Shown one piece after another: positions 50,701-61,400 of a DNA stretch of 64,000 nt; positions within the stretch are counted from its first letter, which is position 1; every line of letters begins with the position of its first letter. The DNA comes from Moniliella sp. 'wahieum' (Eukaryota): assembly GCA_003971905.1 (NCBI GenBank), contig RSEE01000019.1, positions 434,001 to 498,000 on the forward strand, in the 5' to 3' direction. Made by a program: the position numbers and the translations under genes. The notes below the pieces were generated by a model. That model saw only the letters and a list, made by a program, of their open reading frames with translations, ran no database searches and was not told the DNA's origin.

Positions 50701-50895
50701 AGAGCCACGGGATCGATTGCGCGGGAGGGAGCTGTGGCCGACGGTGTGAAGACGGTCACTGCTCTTGCGCGAGCGCAGGTCGGTGGTGCTGCCGCGAGCC
50801 GAGGGACGAGGGGCACGGCGGCGGGCAGCGTGGGAGGCGGAGGGGCGACCCGGAGCAGAGGGAGGCAGCGGCGGGGCGGGGGAGGGGGTGGGCAT
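47776..50895 (-). CDS. Hypothetical S/P/R-rich protein (about 1000 aa), no recognised domain; frameshifted
   Basis: Chain of long overlapping minus-strand ORFs (49837-50967, 48844-49713, 47776-48705) with protein-like composition. ATG in ctcgccATG context at 50895. Confidence 0.6.
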
Positions 50896-53471
50896 GGCGA
50901 GGGGATGGTGGAGGCGGCTGAGGACGGCCAGTCGCACAGGGCGCGGGAGGGCAGATGAGATTGGCAATCAAGTGACTAGTGACTTGTGCGTGAATTGGGC
51001 AGCAGCAGCTGGCCGTTGCGGTAAACTTGAACGTTGAACGTTGCGTTTTGAACGCGGGAGGAGTGAAATGCGAAACGATGATGTGATGCATGCACCTGCG
51101 CTTGAAAGTTGAAGCTGAGCCGGCGCGGCGAGCTCTGAGTCTGAGATCTGAGCGTAATTAATAATTGTCTTCCCACGGCCTACGGCCGGAGGCGGCCCGG
51201 AGTGCGGCGTACTGCCTGTCCCGTGTGGGGCGGCGTGGCTTGCTCCGCAAACAGTAGTGCAGCGCACTGGCGCCGTGCGGTGCGCGATATGGCTCGGTTG
51301 CCCGCTGCGCTGCCGACTACACAATCGGCGCGACTGAGTGGCCGGTGACTAAGACGAGTGGGCAGGATGCCTGATGTGACACTGATGCATGATGCCTGCC
51401 GCCAGAGACACAGGGCATGTGCCATGTCACACGTGACCTATGACTGGACTGGTTGTGCATTGTGATGCATGTGGACGCCGCGAAGACGATAGCGCCCCCT
51501 TTCGGCTCCTTAGTAAATCCTCTCACTCCAAGCCCCATCCTGCCTCTGCTTCTCCATTCTCCATCTTCCCTAGATGGCTTGCTGCCCTGCGCTTCGACCA
51601 TGGCAGCAAAAAGGAGATCCACATCGGACAAAAGCAGGCGCCAACCTCCTGTCGGGAGGGCAGAGCAAAGCCACAGTGGCTGTGGCTCTGCTGCCAAAAG
51701 GCCAAGTGTGGAGCATAAACGTGAAAGAGACAGGCGGGAGGAGGCCAGTAGCCAGCAAGAGGCAGAAAAGCGTTCTCTTATTACGTTAAACGTTTAACTT
51801 CGACGAGGCTTTACCGTAGTGGTCTGTCGGTGCCTCAAACAGGCCTGAGGCCCGAGAGAGACTGCCTCTGTCCTCAAGCTCACGCTGGCCTCGCTCAGGG
51901 GACCCGGGACAAAGAATGGAGGGAAGCAGCAGACCCACTGCTCCACCTAGTCAAAGGTACACTGACAGCGAGAGCGCGTGTCGTTTCCTTACCGGCCTTA
52001 CCGCCTTACCGGTTACCGGTTACCGGTTACCCTAAAGCTGACGGATCCGTATATGGGAGACATTGTAGACGCTGACAACGTCGGCAGAAAGCACATGCTG
52101 CTCGTAACAGGGCACGCGTCTCAGTTTCTGGGGAACACCGTGTCTCTGTATCGAGTACCCCCTAACCACGCCGGAACGGCACTTGTTCCTGGCGATGCAG
52201 CCGCCGCTTCATAAGTAGCTGCTATATAAGTACTACTAGGTACACTCTTTGGCTGGCAGACTATGTATAGTAGCAAGGGCTACATTAGTAGTGAGGTAGG
52301 GTCAAATTCCCCTTTACTGCCACCGCGGGCCTATACGGCACCCTACTATTATGGCACCCACGGCGCCCTATGGCCGAGTTGGGTGGATTCTTCGTCGTTT
52401 TATAGGAAGTAGTAGGTGCCGGGACGTTTCTTGAGGGCCGAGTAACTAGTGAGGCTTGAGAGGCTTGAGGCTCAGACCCTCAGGGTTCTACAAAGATCAC
52501 AAGCAGTCAATTCGAGGTGTAGGAAAGCATTTGCATAATTGGGGCACTGTCTATTAGTATAGCAACAGAACGCATAAGCTGTCCTTCCCTCTTCTTCCGC
52601 TCCGCATCATGCTCTCTGCTCTTGCTTTCACCCCACGAACGATTTCTGCCATTCCTTGGCCTATAATCCCGACTCTGATCTCCCTCTTGCCTTAATAGCC
52701 CCGACTGCGTGACAAAATTGAAGAGCTCATCGGTTTGAACAAACCGGAGGGCAGCTGAAGGAGATTTGGATACAATCATTACGAGAGATTTTTGGAGGGT
52801 ATATGTTGGTGATGTTGGCCACACAGTCTTGCGGAAGGAAATCCTACCACAACGCGGATGTGCTTTTCGCCCCAAACGGCATTTCCCCTCCATACATTAT
52901 TGTCGAGGAAGAGGATTAGCTTCATGGATTGACGTAGTATTAGTACTAATACACTCCCTCCGGTGCGCGGAAAAAAACATCCCAGAGCGAGACGCTGCCG
53001 GAAAGAAGAATTGGGAATAGGACGAGATCGGACAAACTATGGCAATAGCTATCAAAACATATTATTGATGGGTAATGGTCTAACATGATGTGCATGATTT
53101 GGTACTATTGTGCCATGGAACAGGTCACTCTCCGATGAGACGAAGAGTAGTGTACAGAAGAGGTGGCCAGTCGATTGGGCACAGAGAGTGGGAACGAAGT
53201 GACAATGAAGCGAAGGGCTGAGGGTGTGGAGACACACGACACCAACTGCAGTAGTAGAGAGGACGGCAGGGAAGGCCGGCGCGAGCAAATATGATATGAA
53301 CAGTGGCCTATACTAGTACGTCCTAAGCCATGGCCTACCTTCGTTATAGATACACTTCTACTACACCTGTTATACTAATGACACCCTTCTTTCTATTGGC
53401 CACCAGCACGCTATATATATCCTGTGTCTGTCAATCGTGGAAGTGATCGAGCTCATCTCTGCTTGATTTCT

Positions 53472-54679
53472 TTATTGTCTTTCACCCATCATGGACACCA
53501 TTGTGTCAATATTAGCTATACTTCTACTAATATATGCGGTCTCGGTTGGTGTATGCATCTTTAGTTCTCTACAACCGTCCCTTGTCTGGACCATCTCGTC
53601 CGATAGCCGACGAACCAGATCGCTAGCAGGCAGTATGTCCTTCATGCGCACCACCCCTGTGCCAGCCCAGGTGACGACTCTGTCCAACCGTGAAGGACTG
53701 TAGGCAGTGCGGTAGGTTTCCTTGCCCGCATCGAACTCAGCAACGTTTGACTATACAAGCCGCGTCCGTCGACACCAGAGGGCCAGCCCAACGTGCCCCT
53801 CGCATGGTCAAACGCAGTAGACCGCACAGTAGGTTCATCCGGATTGCCCTGCATCCCTGGTGTGTCGGATCCGGCATGCAGCAGTTGTTTCTTGGCCGTC
53901 ACTGTAGAGTGCCTCGGGGTCAAGAGGAAGCGGGTGCCAAAGACAGCTGCTCGGCGCCAGCCGCAATGAGATGGCCTGCCTCTTGCCCGTTGGCTAGTCC
54001 TCCGGCAACAAAAGCACGGCCGCATGTTGTGCGTCGCAAACGCAGTCTGAACTGATCCAGCAACGCTCGTACGGGTGGAGCGGCAGCCATACCATGTCCT
54101 CCCTCCTCCTCGTGGCCCGTTAGAGAAAGCAGTGGGATTGTACGCAGCGCTTCTTGGGCTTCCTTTAAGGTTCCGACCCCAATCACGATCTGCACTGCTT
54201 CGCTCGTTCCACGAAACTGGTCATCCCAATACTGGAGATAGGCGATCCATGCCCCCAACTCCTTGGCCTGTCCAAATGAGAACCACACTGCCGCGACCCG
54301 CTCCGAGGCAAGTAATGAACCAGTTCATGAGCCGGGCTTGTGTTGGGCGCGTCTGAGCGGTGAGGAAGCTGACCATTGGCCAGTTGGGTCAACCTCCAAC
54401 CAGCACACCGACTCCAATAGGTTTCCGTTCGTTTGGAGGCGTCAAGGAGGGCAAACCAATCGGTGGAAGCAATAAGCAGCTCAGACCGTAACTGGTCGGG
54501 GCCAGTCCCGGCAACCGCAAAGCCTACCGCCAGCGCGCGTGACCGCGCCGCCAGTGCGCCGCCCGATGCTGTGGCAAGAGGGCCACGATAATGGGCACCT
54601 GCAGTGGACCCAACGACCCTGGACACGTGCGGCCAAAGAAGTGCTTGGTTAGGGACATGAAGCCGCGCTGGATGCTCAT
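53472..54679 (-). CDS. Nitronate monooxygenase / 2-nitropropane dioxygenase family FMN enzyme; frameshifted
   Basis: PLATASGGALAA, WFSFG, GVGTLKEA, EGGHG, AGGLANG..GA, VFGTRFLLT, TVRSTAFDHARGTLGWPSGVDGRGL, VVTWAGTGV. Confidence 0.85.
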
Positions 54680-55106
54680 TAGCTAGTGGGGAGGCTCCGC
54701 TTAAGTATATGTTGCGCTCGGACGAGCGGAGCTAGTAAGAGCGCAGTAACCCATGGCGGCGATCGTGGAGGACGAGGGCGGGCACAAGATACATGATGCC
54801 CCAAATTGATCTCGATGCCCATGGCGGCCCTCCAGCTGCCTCAGCCGGCAGATCTGACAAATAGAGACCGAAAAAGTTTGGCTAGGCTATATGCATCACC
54901 ACTGGAGCAGTGTTGGGTATATAAAGGCACTATCCGCCTTTGCATCCTATAGAGACGTCTCGCACACACATACAGCCACTAGTTACCAGTTACCGTTCAC
55001 TGCTGGTCCCTGCGGCACGGTAATAACACCCCCAGAGGTGGGCGCCTTGGAGCTACTCTGGCCACTGACGGCATTCCATTGGATTATGAATAAGTGCAGG
55101 TTCTCC

Positions 55107-56958
55107 TCAAATGCTTGTCCGCTTGTGTAGCGTCGCCTTGTATGGCAGGCGGAGCGGCAAAGTCAGGGTCTGGGCATAAACGGGATACGCGAGATGAGAC
55201 ACGTCTAAGTGCACATCGAACTGGCCCAACAGCGCAGCCAGCACAGCGCAACCCTCATACATGGCCAACGTCTGCCCGAGGCAGAGCCGCGGCCCTGCAT
55301 TGAAGACGTGAAAGACAAACGGGCTGAACGTCTTGAGCGACCCGTCTTCAGGGTTTAAGAAGCGCTCGGGCCGGAACTCTTCACAGTCTTCGCCCCAAAT
55401 CTCCGGCATGCGTGCCATGTGTAATCGGACCAGAAGATGGTGGTTCCCTTTTGAATGAATGTCGGGCAAGCGCTTGCCCGCTTGGCCCCGGTGCCATAAG
55501 GATCGTCGGGCCCTTCCCCCACCCAGTTTCGCGTAGGGCTGAATCACGTCATCCTCTGTCGCGTACTTGAGATTGCGACAGACAGGTGGCCAGAGACGAA
55601 GCGCTTCGCAAAAGACGGCTTGGGTATAGGGCATGGCCTTCAAGTCGTCGTATTCCATCAAACGTTGCTCCTCACCTTCCCCTAAGACACGGGCCACCTC
55701 TTGTCGGAGCTTAGCCACCACATTGTCTGCGTTGCGCAGCTCGTACAAGGTCCATGTCAAACCCTGTGCGTCGTCTCGTCCGCGAGAAGAAAGTTGAGGA
55801 CAACCGCCAGGAGCTCCTCCCGCCCGAGTCCTTGGTCGATAAAATGCTGAAGTAGATCCTTCCCATCCTTGCTCTGAGCGCCTTGAGCCCCTCCATTAGC
55901 TTGATTCTCCATCCGCTTGTCAATTATGCGATAGCAGGCCTCCCGGATCACACTGAGGGCTTTGCGCATGTCCCGCCCTTGACGGGAAAAGCACTCGGTG
56001 AGTTTCCATAACGGGTTGCTAAAGCGCAGACCAGCCACCTTTTCGGCAAAGTCGAAGGCAGCAGCAAAGGGTACCTCAGTTGCCAACCCCTCTGCCTTGG
56101 AGCTTCAGAGTAACAATTGGGTATGTCAGTCAGCGTTCACCCAACATGGGGCGGGGGGCGTACGGCAAGCATCCCAAGTCGGCTCCGAATGCCATGGTCC
56201 CAAACGTATCAAGTGTATACCGAAAGAAGATATCGGGCAGATTTACGGTTGAAGGCTTTGCTGCCAAATCGTCGGCCAACTGAAGCAAGATGGCAAGATC
56301 GTGCTGAACAGTGCGCTGGACATGTGTGCGAAAGTTGGAGACGGAGAACTATATACCAAAATGAGGATGAATCAGTGCGCTTTTGAGTGGCAAACATCGT
56401 CATTTTGGGGGGGAAACGTACAATATGCGAAGCCAACTTGCGCTGGCGCTTCCACGCAACTCCATCCGCTACAAAGATGCCCGTCTCGGACAAGAGGTCG
56501 GAGAGACATTGGCGAAAGGGGGCCCCCTTCACGTACTTGTGGAAACTAGTCTTGGAACCTTGGACCCATGCCAACAGCTCGGGTCGGTTGATGACCGTGG
56601 TGCGGGAACCTAGGGCAAGGGGATATGAAGGGCAAACGGCATGCCCCCGGCGCCCGTGTTGTGCTGCGCTTGGGTCATCAAGTCCAGCCCACCTTCGTTG
56701 CGACCTTGTAGTCCCCGTACAAGCTCGCGCCAGTTTCCCACGAGGGCCAAGCTGCCGGGGACGATGGCCACCCCGGGCACTCGTTTCACCCCCAGCGGCC
56801 GGTCGGGTATAGGACCACGCCCACCAGGAGCAGCAGCACGGATGTGCTCAGAATGATCCAGGGGACGGCGCGGAGATCGATGGGGCCAGCAGGAACGGCA
56901 TTCAGGCGAATGACAGAGCCGAGAGGCAGCTTTTGGGAGAGGAGGTGGTGGAGTTCAT
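55107..56958 (-). CDS. Cytochrome P450, CYP86/94/704-like (possible fatty-acid/alkane hydroxylase); frameshifted
   Basis: GIFVADGVAWKRQRKLASHI, FAAAFDFA, NFLLAGRD.. (I-helix, across indels), EALRLWPPV, FRPERF, heme motif FNAGPRLCLGQTLA. Confidence 0.9.
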
Positions 56959-57642
56959 GGCAGCAGTAGAAGCGACTTGCGTCACAAACGCATTGGCCAA
57001 AGCAAAAACCCCGCTTTGGCAACGGCCTGTGAAAGTCTGCCTCGTTTGCACATGAGCAATTCCACATTTCAAAGTGCAGTCCATATATGCTCTTGCCGAA
57101 ACGCAGGGGACCTCACCGGAACTTAACCCGTCACGCGTCACGCGTCACGCGTCAAGAGCTTCAAGCTTCATCGATGAATGACGTTAATGACGCGGAGCGG
57201 ACGCGTCGGGCATTAGGCGGAGTACGTTGTACGCACAGCCAAGCGACTGCACCTGAGTACTGGGTGCCTGAGCGCTGAGCCTGCGCCCAAGTAACTGAGC
57301 TGAGGCTCAGCGCTGAGGCGCTGAGGCCCAGCCTGAGCGGCAACCAATGGTCTCTAGTGGCTAGTGGCACTGCGCGCTAGCGCTTGAAGCTTGAAGCTTG
57401 AAGCACTGCCGATGGGGTGGATCGAGTATTTAGTGGCACTGGTGGTACTGGTGGTACGCCAGCTGTGCGAGAGGGGCTTGGATTCGAAGAAAAAAGGGAA
57501 TATTGAACTTGTACTGGACCGCTGACGTGTAACGTGTGACGTCCGTTGCCCATTGCCTAGGTGGCTTTTCGATCGACATGCACGGGCCACATTGGACGGG
57601 CCGCTGCCGATGGGACATCGATTGTCGGTTATCGATCGGGGG

Positions 57643-57649
57643 TATAAAG
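57643..57649 (+). promoter_or_regulatory. TATA box of small acidic protein gene
   Basis: TATAAAG 80 nt upstream of the ATG at 57723. Confidence 0.5.
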
Positions 57650-57722
57650 CTGGGGCCCACTCCGGCCCCTCCAATCTCGCCCGCCTCCAGCTGCCCTCGT
57701 CACACCCAGCAACGTTGCCGTC

Positions 57723-58128
57723 ATGCTGTCGCCCATCCGCACCGCCTTTACCAGCATCATCGCCCTCAGCAGCTTCCGGGCTGTGGTACGCCCTGCTCTG
57801 CTCCGTCCCGCAGCAGCACCAGCGCGAGCTTTCCAGGTGAGTTTCTATACTTCTCTCTACCTTCTCGTTTCCTCTCTCTCTCCTCTCTCAAGATGACCCA
57901 AGCTGACGACCATTAGACTTCGCCCGTGCAATCCGGTTCCCAAGCTAATGCTGCCGACCCTGCTGGCGACCCCGAGCCGACCGAGGCAGAGGAAGATGTC
58001 CGTGGGACCAAGAGGAGTCCAACATGTCGCCTCAGGAACTTGCCCAAGAGGAGGCATTTACCCGCAATGAGGAAGTGGAGGACAGTATGACCGAGTCTGA
58101 GCAGGACTTGGATGGCGACAAGTCTTAA
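57723..58128 (+). CDS. Small (about 108 aa) acidic protein with mitochondrial-type presequence; two exons
   Basis: Exon 1 MLSPIRTAFTSIIALSSFRAVVRPALLRPAAAPARAFQ; intron 57837-57916 (GTGAGT..CTGAC..TAG); exon 2 TSPVQSG...PTEAEEDVRG.QEESNMSPQELAQEE...MTESEQDLDGDKS-stop, with one indel near 58008. Confidence 0.7.
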
Positions 58129-58470
58129 CATATCTCACCTGCACTGTCATCCTCTGCTCCTGTGTGCGCAGCTGCTCTTCCCCGTCACAGTATTTCTGTC
58201 GTATTGCAAACTCTTTTTCATGGGGTATAGGTGTTGGGTGGGGTGCGTGGGAAACCCGTGGTGTATCTTTTCCTAGACGAATGATGATAATGATATGATG
58301 TCTTCACCCAAACAATCATTTCTGTTAGCATGCCAGTGGCGCCGCGTGACTTCACGGGCCCGACGCAGCCAGCCTACGTTCCACGATGGGAGCTCTGAAT
58401 GGCTACAGCTCTCGAACTTCTCTGACAAACCCTTTTTGGACGATCGAAGCACACAACAAAAGCATTGAGA

Positions 58471-61400
58471 TTACAAGTCCACAAGCAACCCCATATCGGC
58501 ATCCCCATCGGCATCTTCGGTCTGGGCATTCAGCGCAGGGTCAATTGGGGGGATAGGCTGAACAGTGTCACTGGCGTCAGTGCCCGATCCAACCACACCG
58601 TTGGGCTCTTCAATGGTAGCAGCCCCGCCCTCAACCCCGACAGTTTGGGCAGCGTCTGAGTCTGAGACCGCCACCTCCACAACCTGCTGGTTGTCATCGA
58701 GAGTTGAGCGTGTCGTCCCTGTATCTCCCACATTCTGTTGTTCCACCGCATCAGACTCAGCGTCCTTCTCAATCGGAATATGCACGTTGTCCGGCTCGGC
58801 GCTGGTATGGTTCGCGACAGACTCGGCATCTGTATCAGTTGCAACCAGCTGATCGCCTTGTTTGACAGCAATCGGCTCGTCGCCTTGTTCGATAGTAACC
58901 AGCTCATGGCCTTGTTCGATAAGAACCAGCTTGTCGCCTTTTTCGGTAGCAACGGGCTCGTCGCCTTGTTCGACAGCAACCGGCTCGTCGCCTTGTTCGA
59001 CAGCAACCGGCTCGTCGCCTTGTTCGACAGCAACCGGCTCGTCGCCTGTTCGACAGTAACCGGCTCGTCGCCTTGTTCGGCAACAGCAGACTCGACATCT
59101 TTTTCGGCAGCAACTGGCTCGACATCGTTTTCGGCAGCAACTGGCTCGACATCGTTTTCGGCAGCAACTGGCTCGACATCGTTTTCGGCAGCAACAGGTT
59201 CGCCATTTTTCTCGGTAGTAATCGGCTCATGGCCTTGTTCGATAGGAACCGGCTTGTCGCCTTTTTGGGCAGCAACCGGCTCGTCACCTTCGACGGTAGC
59301 AACGGGCTCATCACCTTTTCCCATAGCAATGGGCTCGTCACCTTTTTCGGTAGCAACCGGCTCGTTACCGTTCACGACAGCAACCGGCTCTTACCGTTCA
59401 CGACAGCACCGGCTCGTCACTTTTCTCGATAGTAACCGGCTCGTCATCTTTTTGGGTAGCAACCTCATCGTCACCTTTCTCGACAGCAATCGGTTCGTTG
59501 CCTTTCTCAATAGCAACCAGCTCTTCGCCCTCTTGGGTAGCAACCGGCTCGGCATCTGCGCCTTCTCGGCCTCCGCTGCGATAGGCTCAACGTCCTTGTC
59601 GACCGCACCGTGCTCTGCCATCTTCTCGTCGGGCACCGGTGGCTTTTCGTCTTGCTCGGCCGCCAGAGACACCTGCTTGGTCTGGGCCACAATAGGTTCC
59701 TCAGTGGGCTCTGCCAGGTCCCGATCAACTGTCGTGGACGGGACAAGCGGATCGGCAGCCAAGGTGGTTGCCTCGTGGGTTTCAATTTCTTCCGCACGGA
59801 CAGGGCCGTGCTTGGACCCTGAGCCACAGCCGATTCTCCTTCCAGCGCGTTGTCTGGCCCAAGGGGGACCAGGCCTGGGTGCAGAGACTGGAAGTGTGGT
59901 CCACTCCGTCGCTGGCGGATCGGGAGCAGCGGAGGCTGAGCAATCACCAGCCATCTCGGAGAGTTCGGGAGCATCAAAGACGTTCGTGGTGAATTCGATC
60001 GGGTCGGCATCAGAATGGGAAAAGCAGAGGGTTGACCGCTGGGAAAGGCAGATGCTCGGAAGATTCGGGAACGGGGGAAAGAGGACAGGCATGCACGGGC
60101 CGGAAGTGGTGTCGGTCTGTGGCGGACAGAGGCCTGTGGCCAGGCCCACCTTGTAAAAGAAGGCCCTGAGACTCAGTAAGTTCGGACGACAGGTCGGGCT
60201 TGATCAGTAGGTCAACGCTGTGGGGTAGAACAAAGATGCGTAATAAGTGAACGCGTGCCCTTCCTCTTTGATGCCTTTCCGCTCGCTTGGGACCGGAACC
60301 TTGTCGTTCATTGCCGCCAGCCCAGGAAAATGTCGGTCACGACGGGCATCCAAGAGGCCATGTTACGCGACTGGGTTGCCGGATCAAGCAGAACGAAGTG
60401 CGAGGCAATCGATTGACCCAACGGGATGAAGCGCTCGAGGACTCGCGCTTGCGATGATACGTGCTCATCCCTTTCGTCCAGCAACATTCGCAACAAGAGG
60501 GACACCAACGTCGAGGCCGCCGTACTCTCTTGGCGGAGCAAATTAGGGAGTTGTCTCATGAATCCGAGTCTCCAAAGCGTCACACGAAGATCCTTGTCGC
60601 TGTTAAATCGCTTGGCGAAAGAATAACTCTCTTGCAGTGCCTCGAGCACTCGCAAGAGCTGGTCTGCTGGTATGCTGGTGTAAAAGTCGGCGTGCTGCAG
60701 TAGCTCTTGCAGTGTTTCAATCAAGAGTAGCTGCAAACACAGCGCATGATGATTTGCTTGAACACTTTGCGGCGCTCGATGTCGTCAGAGGCTGGCTAAT
60801 CTCCCCCGTCTGCTCGAGCCTGCGGGGAAGAGATGTAAGTTCCTCTTCCGCTGGTGAGGGAGAGCTTGTTGGTGGCGGGGCGATTAGCATCGGATCAAAG
60901 AGCTCTGATGGGGTGGTAGTGGCAAACAAGCGGATCACAGCATCGACGATAAGGTTCCACTCGCTTTTGGTGAAGTGGACCACATTCTTCTCCAATAACA
61001 GCTGCAGACTGCTTGTCCCGATTCGAGCTAGAGTATCATTCTCTTGACTGATGCACGACTCCAGAGATCGAGGAGGTCGGGTAGATGGCGCTGGAGAGTA
61101 ATAAAGTGGCTGGTCCAGTTCAATCAAGTTGCGAAGGGCTTGAACCATTGTTGTATTGAGCCAGACCGTGGGATCCTCTTGCAACGGTACCTGTTCACCA
61201 CGGATCAGGCCAAACATGGCAAACAAGATGTCGTGCACTGTTGCATCCCAAAATGTAGACGTAAACTCGGGTGAGTACAGGGAGATAAGTTCAAAGAGTG
61301 AATCGAGAGCGACGCGACGGACCTCGAGGTCCACCGCGCTCAGTATCACTTCCAACAAAGAGTTGAACACAGGGAACCAGTAAGTGGCCTGGGCGTCCGG

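Noticed and set aside
58836..59553. Regular repeat array as a CRISPR candidate
   Set aside because: Units are head-to-tail 27-mers with no unique spacers, in frame within a eukaryotic CDS, and there are no cas genes.
58738..60156. 472-aa plus-strand ORF with SNRLVALFD repeats (LRR-like appearance)
   Set aside because: Antisense shadow of the Sec7 minisatellite. The 9-aa period does not match LRRs, and the minus strand is continuous with SEC7.
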